Below are positions 22,354 through 34,242 of a DNA stretch of 64,000 nucleotides, piece by piece. This DNA is from Histomonas meleagridis 2922-C6/04-290x (taxonomy: Eukaryota; Protista; Parabasalia), in NCBI GenBank assembly GCA_020184695.1, contig JAANOX010000205.1, positions 744,001 through 808,000 on the forward strand. The letters are read 5' to 3'. The notes under the pieces were generated by a model that was not told the DNA's origin, ran no database searches, and worked only from the letters and a program-made list of their open reading frames with translations. The translations under genes were made by a program, and so were the position numbers. Every line of letters starts with the position of its first letter. The first letter of the stretch is position 1.

Positions 22354-23498
22354 ACGGCAACTTTTTCCTAATTTGCTACATTATTTCCTAATTTTTTATA
22401 AGGACTGTCCTTAATAATCTTTTTTTTTCAAAAGTGGTTCGATATAATTGAAGTCAAACACTGTCACGATTGTTATTCGAATGATAGCATGTAATTTACT
22501 ATTATTATATCTTGTATCATCAAAATTCTATAAATTTTATGAACATTATAATTAAAGTGATTAAAAAGAAAGAGGAATATTTAACATTGAATAGTATTTC
22601 AAAATATATTCTTTCAAAGTATGATGTGTATACAATAGACTCTGGAAAATCAACATTAAAAATTTTGTATAAATTACAAAATAAACTATCATTTAATCAT
22701 TACTATCTCATTTTATCTCTTGATCATTTTTTTGTATTTTTGTCTAATTTGTTTAAATTTTTAGTATGTATCTTATAATAGTTTTTGTGTTTTTAAATCT
22801 TGAGTTATATGCTATTACTTGGTTTAACTTTCTTGATTTGCACAACAACAATTCCAGTTTATGAAAAATATCCTTATGCTAAGATGTGTATTCTTTTTTC
22901 CCATCCAATGTTATTTTACTATTATTCTTTCAACAGATATGTGAATTTAAATATTACAAGTTTCCCCGAAGTAAATTAGTACTTGAATTCGTTTTTAAAT
23001 ATTTCAAAAGAAAGCAAAATGAGAAGATAATAAATAATTTTTATATGAAATTTTATATGAAAGCTATTTATAAAAAATTCAGTATAATTATAATATTATA
23101 ATTAAAAATTCAAAATTTCGTTTAGAAGAATTTAAAAATTATAAAAGATATAAAAGCAAAAATCGTGATTTGTTAAGGTTTTGATTCATTTTTTGCCATC
23201 GGCCGATAATAAAAGATAATTTATTTCTCAATTAGTTCAATAATTTCATAAATTTCAATCAACTTTTTTTATCTTATTTTGTCATTTGCATCTCATTTAT
23301 TCATTGTTTGGTTCTCTTTTATTCATTTCATAGGTTTTGACATTCTTTTTTTTTCCTCATTTTTTCACATCTTATTTGTTCATTGTTAAAACTCTTTTAC
23401 TCTTTTTTTTAAAATTTAGTTTTACATTTTGTAATCTTTATTCTCATAAAATATCAAGCCGAGTAATGATCAAATTTTTATAAGCTCATAAAAAATTT

Positions 23499-25660
23499 GG
23501 ATAATCGCTTAAATCTACCAACTTTTTAAATGACAAATATTCAATACTATATAAAAGATTTTCGAATAAAATTAAACTAAGTAGGCATATTTGAACTAAT
23601 ACCATCAATGTCCGACTATGACGATTATCAAACTCCTCCCTCTCTTCTTTCAGCTTTTAAAGATATAGATGGTGCCTTATTTCTGGATGTTCCTTCACTT
23701 ATTGCAAGAGTTCGAGAAGTTTCAGATCATTTTATATGTCGATTCGTTTCTCTCTCAACAGGAAATTCACGCTCACTACAGATCTTTTGTTGTCAACATA
23801 GAACCACAATTTATAATTGCAAAGCTTGTGTTAGATTCAGCTATTGTCAACAAACTAAAATTGCTACATTCCATTCATGTGATAATGTACACACGCACAC
23901 AATGGGAGCACTTGTACAACATCGCATTAGAAATCATTTAACAACTTCTCAAAAGGAGAGGATTAGATATGCTACAAGAATGGGAGTTTCTGCTTATACA
24001 CTAAGGATGCAGGAAAGATTGACTTGTACAAAAGACGTTCTATATTCTGCTCGGCGCAAAGAGATAGCAGAATTAAAAAACAATGAAATGAGCAATTTAT
24101 TCAATGAGATGTAAAATTGGAAAAATTGGTCTAATTTAATTAATGTAAATAAGGAGAATAAGATGGAGTCATGCTACGTTTTTCACGATCCAATTACTCA
24201 TTCGGATTATTCAAAAAATATTGGTATAATAGATGATACTTTTTGCACAAATTTTTTCGGAATGTAACTATTGGTTATCTTATCTGAAGATGAAAATGCA
24301 AGAAGTCAACTTCTTTCATTTTCAATTATATCATCGAGAACACTACTCTCTTTTGTAGATTATTTTACAATTGTTGAAGAAAAAGTTGGAGAAATACGTT
24401 TGTTTATTTGTGACAGAAACAAAACGCAAATACAAGCTTTAAAGACAGTATTTCCAAATTGTAAGATTATATTTTGTACTGTACATATTGGTCGTAATAT
24501 TCAGTCGAAGGTGGGAAATGAAATGTTTGATTTATATCAAAAGATGCGTTGTCTTGAAATCACTGAAGAAGAATTCTTGGAAGCATGTGAAAAACATATT
24601 CAGGAACATCCAAACCAAAAATCTCCAGGCTTCTCAAAAAACTGATACAAGAAAAGGAGCACTGGCTTCCCAGTATAATTTCTACTTATGGATATTGTGA
24701 TAACGTAACTACAAATAAGAATTGAGGGTTTCTTTGGTTCTTTGAAAAACTTAATAGAACACAAATTACAAACATTATCAAATCTTGTTAGAGCTTTATA
24801 TATTAGGGGTGAAAGGTTATTACTAACATCCATTAACGAAAAGAAAATTAGCTTATATGAGCAGTTAATAATTAATTTTAATGCCATGGAAAAAATTGAT
24901 TCTTATGCACAGACAATAATTCTATCAGTGTATATTGATTTACAAAAAATAGGTATACTTTCTATTAATTATTCAAACAATTGTTGCAAAAACCACCAAA
25001 TGTTTGGATTACCATGTCGTCATTTGATGCTTGAACGAATGTTAAAGGATGATTTTTTTTTGATAACTTTAAACGATATTCCAAATAGATGGCGGAGAAG
25101 CTTTGATAAACAACCAGATCAACCAAATAGTATTCAAACATTCAAAAAAGAAAAAGCTTTGAATAATGACTGGTCATTTAATGGATGTATTAATAAGTTT
25201 GAGAAGTATTTTAGTAACGCAAACAGATCGAATCGAATAAGAGGAATTCTGGATCAAACCATAAATGATCTTCATGCTATAGAACATGGTAATGAATCTG
25301 AAAATGACACAGATATATTACTTCCAGACAATCTGCTCTTACCAGGTGCACATTTCACTCATCCAAGGCAAAATGTTAAAAGACCTGGGCGAAACGAAAA
25401 CGAAAAAAATATGCGTGTAGCATATGCAATTCAACAGATCATACTGCACCAAGATGTTTCTATAATGTATTAAAGAGTTAAATTATATTAATAAAAATTG
25501 AATTCTTATTGTTATATTGTTCTGACTTATAAATATTTATTTTTATATATATTATAATACCAATGTTTTTATTTCTTGCTTTTGTTACTTTATTCAAAAA
25601 GCTTTTATAAAGTATTGAATATTTGTCATTCAAAAAGTTGGTAGATTTAAGCGATTATCC
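23499..25660 (+). mobile_element. Mutator-like DNA transposon (MULE), 2,162 bp, decayed
   Basis: 72-bp TIRs at 23499-23570 and 25589-25660 (GGATAATCGCTTAAATCTACC..., 4 mismatches). 9-bp TSD AAAAAATTT at 23490-23498 and 25661-25669. Confidence 0.92.
23608..25480 (+). pseudogene. MULE transposase pseudogene (DDE core, SWIM, C-terminal CCHC knuckle)
   Basis: IIDDTFCTNF, FICDR..TQIQAL..VFP...IFCTVHIGRNI, W...TTN..EGFFGSLK, SWIM-like GLPCRH, and CSICNSTDHTAPRC in a shifted frame. Premature stops at 24112 and 24265 plus frameshifts near 24620, 24716 and 25390. Confidence 0.85.
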
Positions 25661-25860
25661 AAAAAATTTCAAGGTGCATTGAAACATATTTCACTAAGTC
25701 TGTTGTCATAACCATCAAAAAATAAACAAACGTTCAAATTATTGAAACAACATAAAAGGAATTATTTAATATAATTATTGATAATTATCAGCAATATTTT
25801 GATAATAGCATTCATTTAATTACATAATGTATTATTTATTTTACTTATACACCAATTAAT

Positions 25861-27201
25861 TTATTTTGAGTTTTTTTTCTTCACAAAATATTTTACAACT
25901 GATATATCTGTGTTAACACCAAACTTCTTTGTTGGGTCGACCAGAATTCTCACGTTCACGTTATCCACGTCCTCCAACTTGTCATCCCCCACCAAATTAA
26001 CAAGTGCTTTTCTACTCACGCAATTGAATCCACGAGACAAGAACACTCCTTTCTCGGAGAAAATTGCAGAATTTGCTTTTCCACCGCAAATATTTGTAGC
26101 TCTTCTGAACGTTGTTGCGTTTACCTTAAAATGATGTTCGGATATCCACATAATTCCCAACAGCAAATAATAATCTGGCACTTCTCTTGTGAGCTCCAAC
26201 ATCGCAAACACTTTATGCATGAAATTATCATTATCTTTCCGACACTTAGTGCGAAGAAAATCGTTGTAGAACTTCTTAAAGCGAACAATGTAACACTTAC
26301 CAAAGATACCTCCGACGCCCAATGGCCGGATGTCAATGATGTTTTCTATCAGACGCTGCTCATAGACCAGGACAACGCTTCGTATGTTATCAGTACTGAG
26401 CCCTTCTAAATCATCTTCAAAAGGCAAACGATTATCCCGAAGATTTAAGAGTTGGTCCGGATAAAGCTGTTGGCGAATATTCGTGTTGATGGTAAACCTT
26501 TTCGAACCAAGCGCCTTCTTTTTCCGGTTCGATCGGTTGGGCAATGGAGCTTCCTCTTTGTCAATGTTCTTGAGGCTAAGCTTGAACATGGAATTGTTGG
26601 TGAGGTCAGCTTTGGAATCAATGATATCAAGAACAGGCTGCATCATCTTCCGCTGGAAATCGTTACATGGGTTTTGGGCCTTTTTGTTAGACATGTCAGA
26701 AAGGCCTTGGTAGGGGATGCAAAAGTTCGATGGAAGATTCCGAGAAGAGTCATCATCTGTTTGATTGGAGTTAACTTGCGGATCCTGGTCGGACTCCTCT
26801 TCTTCATGTAAATTATCTGTGATGTAAGGATCTTGATAATCTGAGGAATCGTCCTCGTGTTCCTGGTCGGAATAATCTTCAAAATATTGGAAATACGGCA
26901 TTGAATTCACACCAAACATGCTCATTTGTGGATTAAAACGCATTTGAGGATTAATGTTCATTGGAGGATTCATAATCATCTGTGGGTTAAAGTTCATTTG
27001 TGGATTCATCATCATTTGTGGATTTGGGTTTCCTCGAGGATTTACAGGCATTGGCGGAAAAAGGTTCAATCGTGGATGAACATTCATGTTCATTCTTTGA
27101 TTTATAGCCATTTGTGGGTTGAATGAATTCATTAGAGGATTGAAGTTCATTGTTTGATTCGCGGGTATTTGAGAATTAATATTCATTGGATAAAAATTCA
27201 T
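25861..27201 (-). CDS. Initiator-binding-domain (IBD)-like parabasalid transcription factor with N/P/Q/M-rich N-terminus
   Basis: C-terminal FMHKVFAMLEL...LLGIMWI...FKVN...IFSEKGVFLSRGF resembles the IBD fold family; N-terminal NPQM repeats. Confidence 0.55.
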   Translation of the reverse strand: MNFYPMNINSQIPANQTMNFNPLMNSFNPQMAINQRMNMNVHPRLNLFPPMPVNPRGNPNPQMMMNPQMNFNPQMIMNPPMNINPQMRFNPQMSMFGVNSMPYFQYFEDYSDQEHEDDSSDYQDPYITDNLHEEEESDQDPQVNSNQTDDDSSRNLPSNFCIPYQGLSDMSNKKAQNPCNDFQRKMMQPVLDIIDSKADLTNNSMFKLSLKNIDKEEAPLPNRSNRKKKALGSKRFTINTNIRQQLYPDQLLNLRDNRLPFEDDLEGLSTDNIRSVVLVYEQRLIENIIDIRPLGVGGIFGKCYIVRFKKFYNDFLRTKCRKDNDNFMHKVFAMLELTREVPDYYLLLGIMWISEHHFKVNATTFRRATNICGGKANSAIFSEKGVFLSRGFNCVSRKALVNLVGDDKLEDVDNVNVRILVDPTKKFGVNTDISVVKYFVKKKNSK

Positions 27202-27952
27202 TCTTTGATACCCTTTGTTGGCTTGGAAGGATTAAACTTTGTAGGACGTTAATTTTTCAGGAAAAAAAACGTTATTTACAGAATTTCAAATACAATTTTT
27301 TTGTAAACATTTTCCCAAATTGAATACTTAGTTCAAATGGAAAATGACAAATTCTATTCATAATCAAAGTCAAAAGTTCTCCAAAAATTAAAAAACAATA
27401 TGTTCTTCATAAATTAATTTTGCTCATAAACATTGATTTTCTAAGTGTTTTATTCAATTCTAAATTTCAAAATTAGCATTTCAAAATCAATACCGAATAT
27501 TTAAATCAAATTAGAACTAATTTTTGAAACTCAAATCAGATGGTATTATGTTTGATGGTGTTAAAAATTTAAATAAACTAAGCCATGTTAAGATTTTGAC
27601 AAAATAATCAAAAAAAGATGAATAATTAAGTGTCATTTTGAGACATAAATTTTTGATTGATATTTTCGATTTGTAATTTTTAAATGGAGCTAACAGATGT
27701 GCACTTGGTTTAAACGAAAGGAATATGTATGATGTTGAGTAATACTCTTTATTTGAAGTTAAAGATTAACCTAAAAATTTTGGCGTTTGCTCCAATGTGA
27801 TGCAATGATAGAACAAAAAGATGATTAAGCAATTGTTAGCAAATGCTCCAAATTTTCCAATATTTATGTTAAGGAATAATTTATAAAAGCAAGAACTAAT
27901 AAGATCAAATTTACAAATATCAAATAATCCAAAACCACATATTTTGGAATAA

Positions 27953-28420
27953 TTATTTTGGAAAATATCTGTCAATTGGTTTCTGTGAAAACACTCTGAA
28001 TTGCCCACCTTGTGGTGAAAAAAAAGAAATCGTTGCTGCAAATTTAACAATGCATGCCTCTCTGTTTAAATCATTCTGCATCATTAGGGGAAAGAAAAAT
28101 GACTTTGCGTCACCTATTGGTAAAGATTTCAAAGAAACTCTAGCTCTTCCTAAAGGTTTAATTCCAATTCTTCCGTCTCCAAATGTGCATAAAGTCACAT
28201 ATAAATAAGCCTTTGGAAGGTCATTATGTCCAAGTGACACACAAATTCTTGCAGGGTAATTCCAAACAGGATGTTTTAAATCATCTGCTTCAGGTGTTGA
28301 AAAAGGTTGTTGAGATCCATCTGCTCTAATAATCAACCAAAGCGGGAATTTCAATCCAGTCAAGTTTGGTGAAATTTCTGCTTCTTTAATGACGAGGTCA
28401 ACTATTAAAGCAGATTGCAT
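27953..28420 (-). CDS. C2-domain-like protein
   Basis: DLVIKEAE...STPEAD..HPVWN...LYVTL...LGRARVSLKSL. Likely ATG at 28420 (the longer track start overlaps BUD13). Confidence 0.6.
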   Translation of the reverse strand: MQSALIVDLVIKEAEISPNLTGLKFPLWLIIRADGSQQPFSTPEADDLKHPVWNYPARICVSLGHNDLPKAYLYVTLCTFGDGRIGIKPLGRARVSLKSLPIGDAKSFFFPLMMQNDLNREACIVKFAATISFFSPQGGQFRVFSQKPIDRYFPK

Positions 28421-28458
28421 GAAATTTGTGGCTGGATTAGAATTAACGGTTTCAATTA

Positions 28459-29070
28459 ATGAACCCTCTTGACAAATACACGAAAAAACACAATTCTCAT
28501 CATCGTAGTCGGCAATCAAACATGATGGTTGTTGATGACGATGTAGTTTCTGCTTATTCAAAAGAAGAAATAAATGCATTTCGCGGATTTACTAATATTG
28601 TTGGTTACGGTGAAGCAAAATTAGGAGGTTGGGATGGAGATGATGATGAAATCGGTATTCAGATACCAGCAATACAAACAAGAGAATCTATTTCTAGACA
28701 GTTTGATCCAAATCAAATCGTTAACGAAGAAGAAGATAATGAAGAAATTAAAAAATTTGGAGAAACAGGTGAGGCAAAATGGCTAGAATTTCAGAGAAAA
28801 CTTGAAGAATCAACATTAACCATCAGCGAGGATAAAGCAAAAAATCAATTCTTTATGGATGATCCTGTAATGATGGCAAAAAAGAACGAAATTTTATCAA
28901 AAAGGACTGACCAAATTCAAGGTCCTCCGAATAGATTTGGCATTAAACCAGGAATTTGGTGGGATGGAATTGACAGATCAAATGGATTCGAGAAGAAGAG
29001 ATTTGAGCGATTAAACCAACAAAAAGACTTAAAAGAAAGAGAATACAAGGAATCTGTATCAACCATGTAA
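28459..29070 (+). CDS. BUD13: Pre-mRNA splicing factor Bud13/Cwc26 (RES complex)
   Basis: [28 protein letters not shown] signature. Confidence 0.9.
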   Translation: MNPLDKYTKKHNSHHRSRQSNMMVVDDDVVSAYSKEEINAFRGFTNIVGYGEAKLGGWDGDDDEIGIQIPAIQTRESISRQFDPNQIVNEEEDNEEIKKFGETGEAKWLEFQRKLEESTLTISEDKAKNQFFMDDPVMMAKKNEILSKRTDQIQGPPNRFGIKPGIWWDGIDRSNGFEKKRFERLNQQKDLKEREYKESVSTM

Positions 29071-29439
29071 TAAAATTTTGTTTTTAGAATTAATAATTAT
29101 TTTTACACCTAAAGATATCTTTTTGATTTTAGTTGAAATTTGCTTTCAAATGAAGAAAATTTGAAATTCACATTAAGAAAATTTTTGAAGCATTTTTGTT
29201 ATTTCGTTAGTAAGATACTGCCTAATAGGGAAGTTTCTTTGATATATTATAAGCAACTTATTATTAATATTTTTACAAGAAACTTAATTGAGATTAATCA
29301 TATTTTCCAATATTTATTTAAAGAGATTAATAAAATAATTTTGATGTTTTATTCAAAATTAAAAAAAAAATTATGTTTTTTTAGAACAACAAAATTATTA
29401 TATATTTTTTAACTAAATTTTCTTCATTACCATTCTTTA

Positions 29440-30545
29440 AATATCCACTTGGCTATTTGTTTCAATTCCTTTAAAATTTGATTCTTCTTCACCTTTTCGC
29501 TGTTTTTTTTCTAATACAAATTAATGACATAGTAATTAAAAAACAATGGTAACACTACACTTGCAGCAACTCCAACGCCGATGTAAACATCCGTTTTATT
29601 GACGCTTTTTGCTTGATCGTTTCCAGGTATATAAAAATCGGTATAAGATGTGAAATAATTAGGATAAATTGTGGCAGTATAATCATAAGATATAATTGAT
29701 GTTTGGATATACGTAAATGTTGAATTAATTTCTGTTAAAATAAATGAATTTGTATATAAAGTGTAAATGTTTAATGATTGTGTATATGATAAAAAATATG
29801 AAGTAACAAATGAATGTGATAAAGAAATTGTATTTGTATTATATGAAGAAAATGTATTTGTTTCAGTTGATGTGAAAGTTTGTGTTGCCATTGGATTGCA
29901 TCCAGTAATTGTTTCTTTTGTTATATTTAAATCTCCAAAAGTGTTGTTTTGATAAGTTTTGTATACCATAACAGACTTTGCTTAAACACCACGAAAACAA
30001 TTAGCTCCAAAACTTGGAGAAGTTTTACCATAAAAATAAATACATTTTAGTGAATCTGGTATTTCAAATGTATTGAATACATGTGCACTTGAGTAACATA
30101 TTTGTAACATCTCTACCATATAAAATTCCATAAGAATCAGCATAATTGGTATTATCCTTGGAAACATTTATAAATTTAAGTCGGAAACAGCCAATAAAAG
30201 GAGTTGAATATATGTTGAAACTGTGCTTGAAAATGTAACATTTTGAAGTTCAAGACAACTCATAATCATTTAAGGTCAAATTGTTTGAACGCCCTCATCA
30301 AGAAAAACAGCTTTCAATTCCAGACACCTCATAAATGCACCATATCCAATTGTTGTAAGAGGATATTTAATTGTTAAATTTGTTAATTCAATACACTTTA
30401 TCTCATCCCCAAACGAAATATTTTAGGTTTAATACATGAATAAAATGCTCTTTTTCCAATAGAAGTAACTGAATTATCAATTACAACAGTAAGCAATGAT
30501 TTCTATTCACTAAAAGCTTTACTTGGAATTGTAGTTATTTCATCT
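29440..30545 (-). pseudogene. BspA-like leucine-rich-repeat surface protein pseudogene
   Basis: TpLRR remnants ITTIPSKAFSE*, VTSIGKRAFYSC, LTTIGYGAFMRC; S/T-x-T-F stalk; TM VYIGVGVAASVVL; multiple stops and frameshifts. Confidence 0.7.
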
Positions 30546-30928
30546 GAAATGACGATATGTTATGTTTTGCTTTTGTATTGTTGTGTATATATGAAAAGAA
30601 AGAAGACAAAAACTTGTATATTTGTTTCAAATGGCTTTTTTGGTTCAAGATAAAATCATTCTTGAAATAATGGTTGAAACTATATATCGGTAGACATAAA
30701 GAGTTTTTTTTGATCATTGAGAAATAGTTCAATATATAATTTGATTTCTAGGCAGCCGAGAACTTTTTTGATAAAATAAACTAAATTTCTTAAAGTTACT
30801 TTATTACACTTTTTTCATAATTTTACATGTAACAGCACTTGTGATGACTTTATGAATTAGATGCTTCCAAAGCTTTCATAATTTTTTCAAGAATTCGAAA
30901 TTCGCTTGGAATCTTCTATTTCAATTCC

Positions 30929-33614
30929 TTATGATTTAAGAAATAATTTACTTGTTTCTAAGTGACCATTTTCAGATACATTATTAATATCAATTCCTTT
31001 TTGTTCAAGAAGTAATTTAACTATTTCTGTATAACCTTTTTTAGATGCATACATAAGTGTCGTATTAAATAATATAAATAATTTCCAAATATTATTTTGA
31101 AATATAAAATTGTTAAAATAAATAATAAACAAAATAAATAAATATCTTTAGCATTAATATCAATTCCTTCTTGTTCAAGAAGTAATTTAACTATTTCTGT
31201 ATGACCATATGCAGATGCTTTCATAAGTGCTGTTTGAAATCATCTAAATAATTTCTAAATATTATTTCGAAATATAAAATTATTAAAATAAATAATAAAC
31301 AAAATAAATAAATATCTTTAGCATTAATATCAATTCCTTCTTGTTCAAGAAGTAATTTAACTATTTCTATATGACCTTTTAAAGATGCTCCAATAATTGC
31401 TGTTTCAAATAATTTAAATAATTTCCAAATATCATTTTGACACATCAAATAAATATAATAAATATAGAATATTACAAATAAAAATCATGTTCATTAACAT
31501 TTATAGATCCTTTTTTAAGAAGAAATTTGACTATATCAAGATATCCTTTCAAGGATGCTAAAATAAGTGCAGATTGAAATGTTTTTAACAATTTCCAAAT
31601 ACTATTTTGAAATACCAACATATTAAAATAAACTTTATTTTGAATAAATAAATACCTTTAACATTAACATCTACATCTTTTTGCTCGAGAAGTAATTTTG
31701 CGGTTTCTTTGTGATCATTTTCCAATGCAAATATAAGATTTGTGTTAAACATTATGAATATTTTCCATAAGCTTTTTAAAATCATTAAATTATTTATTTA
31801 AATATTGATATTATGAAATAAACACTTTTACTATTAATATAAATTCCATTTTGTTCAATAAGTAATTTAACAATGTCTATATAACCATTTTCAGATGCAA
31901 TGCTGAATGCTGTTTTAAAGAATTTAAACAATTTCCAAATGTATTTTTAAAACATCAAACTAAAAAAATAAAAATAATACAAAATAATTGAATATTTATA
32001 GTATTAATATTAAATCCTCCTCGTTCAATAAGTAATTTAATAACTTCAATATGATCGTTTTTAGAAGCTGCTATTAGTGCTATATCAAATATTAGAGATA
32101 ATTCCCAAATATTATTTAAAAATCCAAAATCATCAGAAAAAATTTTAATTAAAACAAATTAATGTTTTTAAGATTGAGATCAATTTTCTCTTGTTTCAGA
32201 AGTAATTTTACTATTTCACTATTTCCATTTTCAGATGCTCTAATAAGTGCTGTATTAAATATTTATATTATATTCCAAATATAATTTTAAATCATCAAAT
32301 TAATAAAACAAATTTTAAAAGTAATAAAAAAATATCTTTTTCATTAATATTAATATCTTTTTGTTCAAGAATATATTTTACTAGTTCTATATTATCAGAA
32401 CAAGAAGAAAACACTAAAATATCTTTTGGGATTCGATTATTTTCAATCAAATGTTTAACAAGATAAAAATTCCCAATTTTTGCTGTTTCATTTATAATAA
32501 AATTATCAATTTGATTTTCTTTTTCTATAAATGAAAAAATTTCATAATTTCCACTTTTAACACAAACATCAATTATTTTATTATAATTTTTATCTCCAAA
32601 TTCATTTGAAAAATGCATATAATTCATTACTTGTGATTGGTTTTCATCTTGAGAATCTTTATCATAAATGTATTTAAAGATATCATTTCGATGAAATTTA
32701 ATTGCGATTTCAAATAAATCGTCAAATGATGCATGATTTTGTTCACATAAATGAATAATCTCTAAGTTTCCACCTGCAATAGCATATTTTCCAATATCAT
32801 TTACATTAGCACCATTTATAAGTAAAAATTTAAAACATTTTATAGCAGAAAAAAATGCTGCATAATCAATTAATGTAACATTTCTTTGATTAATAAAATC
32901 ATATCTTTCATAAAGTGATGGTTCAATTATTTGATTAAAATCAAAATCATTTTGTGATGATATTTCTTGAAGCTTTTCTATTTCATCATTTCGAATTATT
33001 TTTACAATTTCATTTGGATTATGTCCTTCTTTAGTTAATTGCTTATGAAGTTCCCAATCATTCTTTGATAGTTCTTCATAATTTTTGAAAAAAGTATATT
33101 CAAATGGATCTGTAAAGGTTTGTTGTTTGTTTTCTTTTTCTGTTTTATAATGAGCAAAATATTTGGATTTAATATTTGATGTAATATTTTTATTTATTAA
33201 ATTTTCCATAATCATTCTTTCTATAAGAAAATATGCTTCTTGTGTTTCAAATTTAGAGATATATTTACCAAAGATATCAAATATTTTAATATTGTTAATA
33301 TTTAATTCTTCTTCTTTCGATTGAATTGATTTTAAAAATTTAAAATATAAATCGTAATCATTCCTTAAAGAAGAAAATGCTGAATATAATAATATACAAA
33401 TAGCAATATTAAATGAATACGTGAAATTAGGATCAAATAAATTCATCGCTTGGTGAATTGATATATTAAAATTTTCTTCATTTAGATTAAAAATTATTTG
33501 TTCAAGCTCAATTAAAAATTGCATAAAAATGGATTCACCTTTAGAGCTCTCTCCTTTACTTCCTAAAGAATTTTCTATCTGTGATGTACCCAATTTTGTT
33601 CCACTTTCACACAT
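30929..33614 (-). CDS. DUF3447-ankyrin repeat protein (paralog of 20031), interrupted by 8 intron-like inserts
   Basis: Same DUF3447 region (TLIDYAAFFSAIKCFKFL), then 90-nt ankyrin segments separated by eight 80-nt linkers. Removing 8x68 nt gives a 713-aa open frame ending at TAA 30931-30929. Confidence 0.7.
31064..32333 (-). repeat. Tandem array with exact 170-nt period (90-nt ankyrin segment + 80-nt linker)
   Basis: Linkers at 32333-32254, 32163-32084, 31993-31914, 31823-31744, 31653-31574, 31483-31404, 31313-31234, 31143-31064. Confidence 0.9.
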
Positions 33615-33850
33615 TTTGTAATAATAAACTTTTTGAATATTTTACAATAACGATATGAACGAATAATCAATATTTATTGGTTTTAAGTATGTAAAAGGAC
33701 GTAAGTTCGTATGAAGAATGCTTTTAATATGAATGTGTATCAAGTGATATATGTAGGAATATTATTTATTTTTAGTAAAAAAGAATTTGAATTTCAAAAT
33801 ATTTTTAATAAATACCCCCAATTCAATCTGATTTTATCTATTATCATCAC

Positions 33851-33940
33851 AACCATATTGAGCTTATGAATTATATTTTTGAACAAAACGGAATTGATGT
33901 TAGCAATTAATATTAATGAAATTTATTTGTATTATTTAAT
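33851..33940 (+). pseudogene. Relic of the same ankyrin family with the 5' part of a linker
   Basis: NHIELMNYIFEQNGIDVSN* followed by ATTTATTTGTATTATTTA (33921-33938), identical to the first 18 nt of the linker at 21207. Confidence 0.55.
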
Positions 33941-34242
33941 ATTGTTATCTAAGAACTCAATTTGTTGAAGGCGGCTCACCAATTTGAAATTTACATGTGT
34001 TGTAGATACAGAAAAATATAAATAAAATATTTAATTTCAAAAATTTAATAATTTATCAACTATCACTAAAAATGATGTCTCATATAATACTCAAACCAAC
34101 TGCTATTGTGATGTGTTTAAACAAAAATATGAAAAATTTGTCGAGAAAAAAGATTTCAATACTTTGCACAACATTTAAAAATAAATATGCAATTTATTTT
34201 GGTCAGATGGAAGTTTAGGAACCTTTTGTACAAAACCATATA

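Noticed and set aside
24112-24267. Stop-codon reassignment suggested by in-frame TAA in the transposase
   Set aside because: Frameshifts also occur in the same gene, and housekeeping genes end normally at TAA/TGA; simple decay explains it.
32254-32333. Programmed -1 frameshift as a general explanation of the linkers
   Set aside because: Incoming and outgoing frames are both blocked by non-overlapping stops in this copy; copies 6 and 7 give incompatible shift windows.
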